A stretch of 64,000 nucleotides of DNA, taken from the NCBI RefSeq assembly GCF_008831285.2, contig NC_045138.2, positions 43,338,001 through 43,402,000 on the forward strand. The letters run 5' to 3'. This document shows positions 1-11,347 of this stretch, in pieces. The DNA comes from Nymphaea colorata (taxonomy: Eukaryota). Every line of letters starts with the position of its first letter. Position 1 is the first letter of the stretch. Under the pieces are notes generated by a model. It saw only the letters and a list, made by a program, of their open reading frames with translations, searched no databases and had not been told where the DNA came from. The translations under genes and the position numbers were made by a program.

Positions 1-1060
1 TGCCAACAACCAAAGAACATTCCTTTCGTACACTAGTATACGTCGTGCCCTAATGAATTATAAGTTTCATCTTCCTCTCAAACTGTAAATTTAACAAGCA
101 AGTCTACATAAGTACTCTCTCTCCCCCCACAAGCTACATCATACTCATATACAAGATAACCTGCATTAAGAGTATGCTAAAACAGTCATAAACCTCTCCA
201 ATATTAGAAAAATCTCTACCATGCTCCCTAATGCTTCAAATATAAATCCATCATGCTGAAAAGGATAACTATCGACATTCTTAGGGCAAACATCCGTAAA
301 AATTGCGCTCATTTGACAGGGTCCTCCTTCTTACGACGCTTTACCTGATATAGTCGTCTGCGGCAGAAACCAAACATCGATGACAACCTGCTGCTGTCAG
401 CCCCAAACCTGCTCTGCTTGAACACAGAAACGAGCGGCCCCAAGGAGAGGGAACAATCAATTTTTCCCACCGGTCTGGTGTCAACCAAACACAAGATCGT
501 GAGACAATAATTGGAAAAAAGAAACAATCTAGAAGAGACATCAAGGAGAAATGTGAAGGTGAGAGTGCATGTTCGGTCGACGGTGTGCAATAGAGACGGC
601 AAGCAGGCGAGAGAGATCAAAGGGGCAAGGGAGAGGTTTCTGACGAGAGGGAGAGGGAACCAGAGAGAGTGAGGATGTGTGAATGAGAGGGCAGACGAGA
701 GAGAGGGATCAACTGAAAGGGAGAGAACAGAGAAAGGTCAACGAAAGAGATTGGGGAGTGAGGGAGAGTGCAAGAAGTGAGACAGTCAAGGCGGAAGAGA
801 GAAAACTGATGAGAGAGAGCAGCCGCGAACACATAAGAGAGTGGCGGGATAGAGAACGAGAGTGAGGGAAAAAACGAGAGAGAGAGGGCTCGGTTGAGGG
901 AGACATTAGTTCATGCAAGGGAGATGTGAGGGAGAAAATGAGAGAGAGGTGACAAGAGGAGAATGAGAGAAATCGAGAGGGAAGAGGGGTAACCTCAGCA
1001 CCACTGCCTTCTACCTCCTCTTCCTCGACCTTCGCCTTCCCCATCTTCTTCCTCAGCTTT
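1..1060 (-). mobile_element. degenerate LTR fragment related to the Tekay-like LTR at 51809-54795
   Basis: 211-261 (aatctctaccatgctccctaatgcttcaaa...tcatgct) resembles 53846-53895. A GA-rich tract followed by ggtaacctcagcaccactgcc...cttcttcctcagct parallels 54240-54645. Confidence 0.5.
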
Positions 1061-4000
1061 GTCGTTTCTCTGCCTCTTCTTCTTCTTCTTCTTCTGCAAC
1101 TTCTTCCTCCGCTCGACCTAAGACGACAAGGGTAAACCCTTAGTCGCTGGATTTCTCTCAACCAGCATAATAGCTTCGGGTCAAATCTGGACCTTGATCC
1201 AGATCCACCCAAAGCTCCACACGCCAAAGTATCAAGCGTTACATTTTTAAGTGTCAGACTGAGTTTTTGTTCTTTTACAGCAGTTTCTGCTATAGTTTGT
1301 TTTGTATTCTCTACTATCAGTTCGCATTTAGATATATTTGGTGTTAAATTTGTTGTAAGTAGTGCTTAGTGTAATGCTTTAGTTGTGGACTGCATTATAG
1401 CTACTAGAAGGGCAGTTTCTGGTTTTCCTTTGTTTTTAAGTTAATGTGCATCTGCTTTTACAGTAATTTCTGCAATAGATTCATAGTTTAGGCACTCTGC
1501 AGCTGATTTCTGGATTCTTTGGGTGCAGCTAGATGCCCTTCAGCTAGGTTTAATGGTTATGTTGTTGTTTAATCCCTAGATTTTTGGAGATTAGGTGTTC
1601 ATTCATGTTTTAGGTTCAACGCTGACAGGCAGACTGCACTTAGCCATTAAGAAGGGTTAGTTTGTATTAATTATTCCCTTCTTAACTTACTTGGTATCTT
1701 GTTTCATCTTATTCTAGGAAGTGGCAAAGTAGTGTACATTTATTTTGTAGATGATATTGAATTATAGTCTAAAATGGTTGCTTTACTTGTAGTTACTGTA
1801 GGGTTACTGTAGAATCACTAACCGGCAGTCATACTTAACCGCCAGCTAGTGTAAACTTAATTTCAATAGTTAGTTGTACCTTTCTAGTTTACATCATGTT
1901 TTTGCAATTGTATTTGATAGTTATCTTTCATTTGGGTTACTTTTTAGGTGAACATTAGTTGTCAACCATCAGTTATAATTAATTTAAAAGTGTAAACTGT
2001 TATGTTCCGCATTTTGTGGTTTTAGATTAGGGTTAATGTGTTCCTTCTTGCCATTTATTGTGTTTTGCTGTAAATTTTTCTGTAGTTGAGTAGATTAATA
2101 GCTATTTTCAGTTTTAACAAGTTTTTAGATAAATATTAATTGGTAATCATTAGATGTGCTCAATTTCAGTGTGTGGACTGTTATGCTCTGCAGTTTCATA
2201 GTATAGAGTAAGTGTTTTCTACCTAGTTATTTTTTGTAATTTACTATAATTCCTGCTGTAGTTTGTTGGATTGGATACACTTGGTTACACAGTTACAGCA
2301 TGAAATTCAGGCATTGCTTATGCTTTATGTTGGATTTTAGTGCTTGGAATGTTCTTTACTGCACATTCATCTTCTAGAGAGAGTGCACATGTTCTACTTG
2401 ACTGCTTTTTATGTTACAGCATTTCTTGCTGTAGTTTGATAATGTAGGTCAGTACTTTCTGAAATTTGTCTGCAGTGTGCCTTAGTGTTAGAGTTACTTA
2501 TTATGTTATATTTAATGTGTGAATGTTCTTTATTGTAGTTAGTAGAACAGAATTGCATATTTTTAGATTTTTGCAGCAATATATAACTTAGTTCTTCAAA
2601 TTCCCTGTAATAGAACAGCTAATTGCATGCTTCATTGGTGCATTAAGTTTCATATGAGTTGCTTCATAAAGTTATAGTTAGTTTAGAGCCTGGTTAGCAA
2701 AGATTGCCGTCTTCTTAGTGGTTTTCATTGAATTTGTTGAGTTGTAAAACATCGGACTGTTGCATTTTGAAATCATATCATCTTCCTTGCCATCCGGTTT
2801 TCAGTTAGTTGTTTAGCATCTTTGTATACTTTCTTGTGGTTCTTATGTGGTTTAGTGTAAATGCTCTTGTAAGAGTCCATGCAACACTATTGAACATTTT
2901 GTAGAACTTTAACTTCTTGCACTAGCTAGAAGTATTTTCTTTGAGTATGTTTATTCTTGTTCTCTGTTGATTCCACTTGAATTTGCCAGGTGTTGATTAT
3001 TCATATTAATATTCAAAACAATTGTCCCGAGTTTGACCCAAACATTGCTAAATCCGAAAAAATTATAACTGTTGTCTGGTTTCAAAGAGTATTACTTTGG
3101 AATATTTGATGTATTTGATTTTACAATTGAACAATGATTGAAAGTGATTGCAAATTGTATTTATATCCAAAATATTGCACCATCAACCATGGCAGATCAT
3201 GTCCAATGCATGCCCAAACTTTCCATGCAAGAAAGCATCATCACATACAACTAAAGGGCAGACCAAACTTAGGGTAAAAACAATAAATATTTAAAGTATT
3301 TAACCACGGCCTCTTAGTAGCCAACCCTTAAACTGTTATATTACCCTTAAGCCACATGTCCAGCATTTTATAGCTAATCAACCAAACATATTTAATGGTT
3401 AACCATTTGTAGCCAAGTACTTCCTGGTTCAGCAGCAAAATCCAACTTTCAAGTCACATTTTCATCATTTTCTAAATTCCAATAATATTAAATGGAAAAT
3501 GGGCAACTTTTAAAATGACATAAAGGTTAGTGGCAATGAATTGGTAATGCATCAAGAAGCAAAAGGCAGAGAACTAGGAGTAAAGGAGTGGAAAGAAAAA
3601 CCTTGCATGGAAGTTCGTGGGTGCATGAGACCAACCAAGCACCCGAATGTCATGAGGGAGAACCTTATTGAGCACCTTTACATAATCAATTTCGGCTTCA
3701 CCTAAAAGATTAATGGCAGGGAAGATCAATAAGCAGGTTGTGCATTAAAAAGGAAGGGGAGATGCAGAGTCATGCTTCAAAGGAGAAACCACCAGCTTAA
3801 CAATAAGCTTCAAAAAGATGCTGCTGGGATTATGGGCAACTTTGAAAATGTTAGTAATTTTTTGCAACTTGAATGGTCATGCTGTTTTGTGTTTTGTCCT
3901 AAGTCCTCTAGTGAGGTTTGTGGTTTGAGTTGATGTCCTTGGCCCTTATAGGGGTCCATTTTTACCCTGAACATAAATTTTTTGGCAATAAACTCAGGGG

Positions 4001-4770
4001 CCATGTCCAGCAGAGGTTTTCCTGAATGATCATGCGTTAAGTAAGATGTGTATCATAATTTCTACCAGTTGGGCAAAATTAGAGATATGTAAGTTAACGT
4101 GTAAAAATCATAGTTAAAAAATTGAAAATTACAAAAAATTAAAATAATGTGTGCATATGTGATGCTAGATAGAAAAAGAATTCTAGCTACAAACGAATGC
4201 AACAATATGGCATATCAAATGAACAAGAGGGGCATGAAGTAATAAAGCATTCAAGGCACAAGAATCCAGTTGGAAAAAGCTTCCATATGAACCTGTTCAC
4301 TACTTCTAAGAGAATTGATGTCTGTTGTTGTTACGAATCAACAATTTTGTAAATTCATGCACCAATGTGATAGATTATGGAAACATTTCAGCAATTGAAC
4401 AGTCTAATAGCACGAACATTGATACACCAAACAAATATAAAGTCAAGAAACATTCCTTTCAGTAACATAATTTCCCAACATAAAATGGCAAAGGCAAATG
4501 AGTACTATATATTTGTGTCTTTCTTTACTCACCATTTTCATGTTGCTTGGAGTCCTTCAGGTTAGACCGCAAGTATATGGCTATGACCTAAACCACATAT
4601 AGACAAGTGAATCGCAACAAATCCACTGATGAAATATAGATTTCTACATTTTCACATAAAAAAACTTTCGTAATTTAGGAACTAGCAAGCCATTCCATTT
4701 AAACAAAGAAAGAATAACCATGCACATTATCTTCCAGGTCAACACTGTCAGGCCACTACATTCAACTCAC

Positions 4771-4881
4771 CTGTCCAACTGCAGAGACCCCCTTGTCAGT
4801 ACGACCACACCTAGAGTAAGACCGCTCATTCTTCTCACCAATTAATAGCTTTGTCCTATGAAGTGCCTTGAAAATTTCAGA
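4771..4881 (-). CDS. PUS3: tRNA pseudouridine(38/39) synthase, exon 6 (SEIFKALHRTKLL...YSRCGRTDKGVSAVGQ); gene continues beyond window start
   Basis: ttgcag acceptor and gtgag donor; 111 nt; contains the catalytic-Asp motif SRCGRTDKGVSA typical of PUS3/Deg1. Confidence 0.93.
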
Positions 4882-6434
4882 CTGCAAGGAACAAAATGTT
4901 AATAAGTTAGTAGCATATTGTAAGACCAATCATAACTAATCTCATTGATTAGCCATTTAGGTTTATAATTATCTTGCGTTTTGATTAACATATCTCCAGC
5001 CAAGGTAGCTGAATTTATGATCTTCAGGCAACGACAAGAAAGGCACTGACACTATCATGGATGAACTTCATGACATGGACCATATCTACACAACTTTATA
5101 ATGTGGAACCCAATTTTGAAAAAGCAATACTTGTAAGCTGTGTTGCAACTTACCAGTCACGAAGTGTTGCAACTTGCAATTCACGAAGAGAGGGACAGCA
5201 CTACTGTAATCCTGTTAGCCACTGTTAGCACGAACAACCCTTACAAGAGGAACCCGATAACACATGCACACCCCACCCCAATCCCCGATTAGGTCTTCCC
5301 TTCCCAGAAGGTAAACGCTCAAAATTTGTGGTGATCCTCACTAAGGTCCTTCGACCTTATTTATAAGCACTATTGGATCAATCCCATGAGGATCCGATCC
5401 ATTCTATACCCGGTGCCTAACAATACTCCCCCCTTGAAAAACAACTCCTCCTCAAGGTGTAACAAAAGACTGCAAAATGTTAAGAACCTTCTAGTGAGCT
5501 GAGAGATGTACTCCAGGCCTCTGTATTTGCATTGACTTCCGATCACCTAACTTGGTGCATGCCTTTATAAGCTCCTGCAGCAACACCACAACACCCAATA
5601 GAACTAAAAAATCTCTGCTTCCATTAAGTTGATAGCTGGCCCTTCTGTCCATCAGATTCGGGCCTGTCGCTGGGGTTTTTCTCATGGTCATTTTCAATAC
5701 ATCTATCACCATGTGAACCTTGGCCTCCTTGATAAATTTGTGTGTCCGAGTTAGTTCCATATGCCATGATTTAGATCTCTTGACTCCTTTCCTCTCCTCC
5801 TTTCCTGGCAAAGAACCCTGCCTTGCTTCCTTGAATATTTGTTTTTTGCGGGTAGAGGATGATGAGAATGCATTGGCTGAAAATGAAAGATGTGAACCAT
5901 GAAGTCCATCTGAGTCAAATTTCTTTTCCCATGCCTCAAATAGTTCTGTGGTGAGGTCTCTATGGTTACGGTCAATAAGGATTGGAAGCTGTGTTTGTGT
6001 TACAGCTCTCCTCAAGACTGTGTCCAGGGGTAGTCCTCCATAGAACACCCTACTGGCATGAAGTTGCACTATGGCAAAACCTTTTCCCTTCTCTAAAACT
6101 GCCACCGCTGCTTTCATTCCTTCAATTTTAATTGTGTAATTTACTCTTCCCAGTAATGAGAAGAACCGCGTTGGCAAAAGATAGATCCTCTAGGGCCCAA
6201 CTTTTATCATCGGTCAGAAAATGCCAAGGATAGTTCTTAAATTTTTTGGCAATTTCAACAAATGTTGCTCTATTCTTGAAATTAACCTGTAAGTGCACGT
6301 TAGACGAGTTTGCTGTGACTGGTTGGAAATGGGTCATCAACAATGTGTCCCTCATGAGATTGAGAAAAGTGTCCATCAATCCTGAAGGCTGAACAATCTC
6401 TTCAAATCTCTCTTTGAGAAACTTCGTGACAATC

Positions 6435-6885
6435 TGATGCAGGGCAGAGGACCAGACCCGTCACTCTCCTGGGTCTAGTTCTTCGCCTCAGATTCCACCT
6501 TCGGGCATCAATGCAGTTCATGAGCCTTCAACCGTGGGATCCCCTGTGGACCCAGAGCACACACGAGAGGAGGTGCCTCTGTGTAAATACTCGAGGTGGA
6601 CCAGGGGTTGAATTGTAATTTTGAGTTACATATATTATTTTGTGATTCACTTTGTACGTATGTTCATGTGATATCTATGTGGGTCTATTTGGGTCGGGCA
6701 CTTGTACAGGACCGGACCCGTTGCTACTCACTCCCATATAAATGGGAGACGATTATATTTTGAAAACGATTGATGTCGAATGAAGTTAAAAAGTTACTTT
6801 TGTTTTATGTTGTTCCTTGTTGTCTTCTAGCATTAAGTATTTTAGTTTTTGAAGTTTTCGTGCAACTGCAAGTTAGTTTACATCA
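6435..6885. mobile_element. solo LTR (TGATG...CATCA termini, CRM-like) nested in the 5213-9354 element
   Basis: 451 bp with terminal TGATG/CATCA; TSD CAATC at 6430-6434 and 6886-6890. Confidence 0.8.
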
Positions 6886-7489
6886 CAATCTTGTCAGCAC
6901 ATACCTTTTAGGATTTTGGGAATGCACAAACTGTGATCTACCAGCCTCTACCTACTTAGTACTCCTTGGGACATGTGATCGTATAACAGCGAATGCACCA
7001 TTTCTTTTACTACTACACCTTCTTTTCAGATTTATTAACGCCTTCAGCCCTCCTAACAGATTCAAGGCTTGTAACCATTTGGTCCCCTAAATGCCCCCTC
7101 CTCATTTCTGCCTGAATCATTCTTGTCGCTAACACTACCATATCCCTTTCAGTAGCTGTCTCGTCAACACCTATTAATTCCCCATTCAAGCTTCCGTGGC
7201 AGCTACAAAGAACCTTAGGTGAAACCTTTCTTAAACTTGATGGAGAGAAGAGTGTAGACATTCTACATGGAAAAGCGATCTCCAATTCCCTTAGTTCACA
7301 AAAAGCCTCAGCTTGTTTCTCACAGTCATATGCAACTGTCCCGATCAAGTTGGCAACATCATTAGAAGCTTCTGCAAGACTCCCAGTCACTTGGCTGCCT
7401 GCCACCTTGCACCTCCTTAACATTGGCACATATATGTCATCTCCATAAACACACTGGTTAGTGGGTAAGAGACGACTAAACCCCATAGT

Positions 7490-7800
7490 GTGAACAGCCT
7501 CCATTGGCTTCTCGGACAATCAGCCAGGCATTCATTAACCCGCACACTCGTTTAAAAGTGCCCATGTTTGATAGTGATAAAAGGTTTATATAAGCAGCGA
7601 CACCTCCACTGTAATCCTTAAGCCTGCATTTAACTTGTCCCAAAAGTCGGTAGACATAGACATAAGGTTGTTGTTCTTTTGTAAGTTTTTCAAGAAGAAA
7701 GGTAGCACTATCAAAATCTCCCAAGTTGTCAAGAGTCAAAGCAGTTCCTCTGAGAGCATCCTTATTATCTAGGAAAGACTTGAGCGCCTCCTCATTCTTA
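7490..7800 (-). pseudogene. intronless fragment of a plant TPR-repeat protein gene inside an LTR element
   Basis: KNEEALKSFLDNKDALRGTALTLDNLGDFDSATFLLEKLTKEQQPYVYVYRLLGQVKCRLKDYSGGVAAY...GLMNAWL, then after a frameshift KPMEAV; TPR-like helix pattern. Confidence 0.65.
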
Positions 7801-9571
7801 GACGTCTAGCCTGGTTACAGGCATCTCTGTGAAGACTTCATCCTGCTCAAAGACCTAGAAGTTGCAACCTAAAATAGGAAAAACGGCCTCAGCATCCCTC
7901 AGGTGGTCCATCTTGCCCTTGAAGATGGGGTTGTGTACAAGCCGCTGGATGGTCAGAGGTTTCAACTGGGCCTGTGAAGTGACAAGGTTGAGGATAACGT
8001 GCTTTTCCTCCTACCTCCATAGTCACGCATGTCCTTCTCTTTCTTGCTCTCCCTTTCTCGAATCCTCGCATCATTCAATTTTCCTTGGATTGTCAATCGT
8101 GATCCCTCAACGGCCTCCTGACTATTCATGCCCTTCACCCATGGGGGTTTCCCGAGTTGTATTACACACCTTCCATACCCACAAAAAACAAAGGTTGGGG
8201 CAACACGGTGCTCTGAAGGTGTCTGTCTCTCCCCACGACTAGTGATTTTCACCCGTTCTCCTTGCCAGCATAAGGATTCAATCAAAACATTAGAAGAAGT
8301 GTGCATACGATTTTTTTTATGATGGCATCCTCAGGTACTCGGCGATTTCCATGGTTGCTTTCCCAAACAACGATCGGAATGGAAGGATCTCTCTTGCAAG
8401 AAGAGGAACCTTCTCTATGCCCACCCACATAGTAGGCTTCTCTAGCCTGCAATATCGATTCAGCACAGTATGGGCACACACGACCTTCCCTGTTTTCTCC
8501 CAAGAATCCTCTGCCTCTTCTCCTTGATTACATACTTCACCAAGTTTGGAGCCTCGTCTTCTTCACCCCCTTTTTTAAGTCCAAGGCAATCTTCGTTAGT
8601 GGTCTGGCTGCACTTTTCCTTCTTCCAGTTCGGTTCGCAATCTTCCAAAAACCTCAAAACTCGGTCGACCAACAGCAGCATTTGTCTCCTTCTCCATATC
8701 CAGCTTACAAGGAGCCCGACATGGTCCTAGAAACTGCAATCTGCTCCCTTCCCCTTCCAGTTTCACGCCTACCCACCAACAGCCATTGTCCGATCTCTCA
8801 ACTTCTTCTTCCATCTCCACCATGGAGGGTTGTTCGTTGGTCCAGATTGGCCGTAAGGCAATTCCCTCAGGGCGGCACAATTTACGATAGCATTCCTTGC
8901 CCAAGAAGATGAATAATTGCCTCCGCAACCATAATTTGAATCTCGTAAGGTCGTCGATGTAGTCGTCGTCATACTCGAATGGTTTTGGGCTCCAAGAGTC
9001 AGGGCTGGGGACGCCTTATACTTGTGATCCTAGCTGCATAATTGTGTAATCATCTGGAATCTCGCCGGATGGTTGAAGAGGGCCATGGATGATCATCTGC
9101 GGAAATGGCCTGCTTGGCTCTGATACCATTGTTAGCCACTTATAACACAAACACCCCTTACAAAAGGAACCAATACCATACACACACCCCACCCCACCCC
9201 AATCCCCAATTAGGGTCTTCCAACTCTTCCCTTCCCAAAAGGTAAATGCTCAAAATTTGTGGTGATCCTCAACTAAGGTCCTTCAACCATATTTATAAGC
9301 ACTATTGGATCAATCCCATGAGGATCCGATTCATTCTATACCCGGTGCCTAACAAATCCATAGAGCTCAAAGCCTCTTTTTTTGGCAATGGAAATAGAGA
9401 GCTCAAAGCACTCTTTTCCGAGCAATGATTTGGAGCCCCCTTTCTTAGCTAGTCAAAAGAGGATCCCAAGCCCTCTTTCTCTCTGGTTATCATCTTTCTC
9501 TCTCTCTTCTTCCAAGTTGCCCATGAAAAAGAGGGCTCGGAGCCCTCTTTTCCCAGTTGCTTAAAGAGACG

Positions 9572-9573
<2 letters not shown>

Positions 9574-9609
<36 letters not shown>

Positions 9610-9828
9610 TATGCTTGTTCACATGCAAGCCTATCTAGATGTGCGAGACATGAAAGCCGGTCCACTTATTAAATAATTGCAAATGTCGTCATCCAAACAT
9701 CAAATGCTCTCTCTCTCTCTCTCTCTCTCGCTCACTCTTTCCCATTATGCTTGTTTGCATGCAAGTTTATTTAGACATGTGAGATGAACAAAGATGAAAG
9801 CAGATCAAGTTGAATGATACTCCACTTA

Positions 9829-9899
<71 letters not shown>
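9574..9899. repeat. cluster of (CT)n/(GA)n microsatellites within an imperfect tandem array
   Basis: (CT)n near 9574, 9707 and 9869; (GA)n at 9832-9865; repeated cattatgcttgtt...catgcaag units. Confidence 0.85.
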
Positions 9900-9903
<4 letters not shown>

Positions 9904-10201
9904 TCTTTCCCATTATGCTTGTTTGCATGTGTAGAAACACACACCAAGATGGAGAGAAAGAGAAGGAACACACAATATACGTGGAAAACCTCAAAGAGAG
10001 GTGAAAAACCACGGAGAAGCTCTAACCTAGGTGCACAACCGCAACCATAGGAGAGAGAAAATCTTATATCACTTAATCAACAATTACACTATAAGTGAGA
10101 TTAAATAAGAGGGAAAAACGCCTAGGGTACCGAGCCACTCTCGGTACCCGTGCCCATGGGACCGGGTCTGGATCCAGACCCGGTTCCCTACACATGATAT
10201 G

Positions 10202-11347
10202 TTAACACTCCCCCTCAAGCTTGGCATACATGTCAAACATGCCTAGCTTGCTTACATTTTTCTCGAATTGAGATGTACATAAGGCTTTGGTTAGAACATC
10301 TGCAATTTGATCTTCAGACTTCATATAAGGTAGGATCAACTCCTTTGAATCTATGCGTTCCCGTATGAAGTGGCGATCAATCTCCACATGTTTAGTTCTG
10401 TCATGCAAAACGGGATTATTCGCAAGATTAATTGCAGACTTGTTGTCGCAGTACATCCTCATCTTCTCTTCTGTTTCAACACCAATATCTGCTAGGAAAA
10501 TCTTTAACCATAACATTTCTGTAACTCCCATAGCCACAGCCCTGTATTCAGCCTCAGCACTGGATCTAGAGCAAACTTCTTGCCTCTTACTTCTCCATAC
10601 AACCAGGTTACCTCCCAGAAAGATGCAGTACCCTGTGGTAGACCTCCTAGTATCAGTACACCCGGCCCAATCTGCGTCAGAGTATCCTTCAATATTAAGT
10701 TGGTCTTGCTGAGTATAGAGTAATCCTTTTCCTGGGTTATTCTTTAGGTACCCCAACACTCTTTCTGCACTCTTCCAGTGACAATCAGTAGGAGCATGCA
10801 TAAACTGACTCAACACATTCACAGCATAAGTAATATCAGGGCGAGTAAGAGTAAGATAGATGAGCTTACCAACCAGCCTCTGATACCACCCTTTTCCTTC
10901 TTCATCTAGGATGTTGCCAGTTTTGATGCTTATCTTTGTACCAGACTCCATTGGAGTTTGAAAGGGTCTGCATCCAAGTTTGCCTGTCTCCTTTAGAAGA
11001 TCCAGAGTGTATTTCCTTTGGCTCATAACCAACCCTGTCTCTGACCGAGCAATCTCTATCCCCAGAAAGTACCTTAGTTTACCCAAATCTTTAAGATCAA
11101 ATTCAGCAGCTAACCTCTCCTTCATCTTCTTTTTCTCTTCTTCATCGTCACCTGTGACTATCATATCATCAACATACACAAGAAGAAGACTCACCAGGCC
11201 ATCTCTCTGCTTAATGAATAGGGTGTGATCACCATTTCCCTGTTTGTATCCATTTGTCTTCATCACTATCCTCAGTCTTTCAAACCATGCTCTAGGAGAC
11301 TGCTTTAATCCATACAAGGCTTTCTTAAGATGACAGCATTTTCCGCT
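10202..11347 (-). CDS. Copia RT C-terminal part and RNase H, in-frame continuation after the single stop
   Basis: YGLKQSPR, YVDD, DADWAG, SSAEAEY, TKHVEID; same frame as 11348-14500. Confidence 0.9.
   Translation of the reverse strand, partial: SGKCCHLKKALYGLKQSPRAWFERLRIVMKTNGYKQGNGDHTLFIKQRDGLVSLLLVYVDDMIVTGDDEEEKKKMKERLAAEFDLKDLGKLRYFLGIEIARSETGLVMSQRKYTLDLLKETGKLGCRPFQTPMESGTKISIKTGNILDEEGKGWYQRLVGKLIYLTLTRPDITYAVNVLSQFMHAPTDCHWKSAERVLGYLKNNPGKGLLYTQQDQLNIEGYSDADWAGCTDTRRSTTGYCIFLGGNLVVWRSKRQEVCSRSSAEAEYRAVAMGVTEMLWLKIFLADIGVETEEKMRMYCDNKSAINLANNPVLHDRTKHVEIDRHFIRERIDSKELILPYMKSEDQIADVLTKALCTSQFEKNVSKLGMFDMYAKLEGEC

Larger units (their letters stand above)
5213..9354 (-). mobile_element. 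non-autonomous LTR retrotransposon (probably derived from a Reina-like chromovirus) carrying captured sequences
   Basis: LTRs 5213-5422 and 9130-9354 (TG..CA, visibly diverged); TSD AATCC at 5208-5212 and 9355-9359; Met-tRNA PBS TGGTATCAGAGC at 9117-9128; PPT near 5423-5436; 3' end translates HLEEELFFKGGS; no RT/IN motifs seen. Confidence 0.88.

Noticed and set aside
309..1227. Short ORFs in the GA/CT-rich region
   Set aside because: Low-complexity LTR-like sequence with no domain motifs.
3205..3628. Imperfect inverted repeat (ttccatgcaag / cttgcatggaa) as a MITE
   Set aside because: Only an 11-bp perfect core; no defined ends or TSD.
1..4770. Next pseudouridine synthase exon (expected VIAL..RS-like sequence)
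   Set aside because: No convincing match found; it probably lies beyond the window start.
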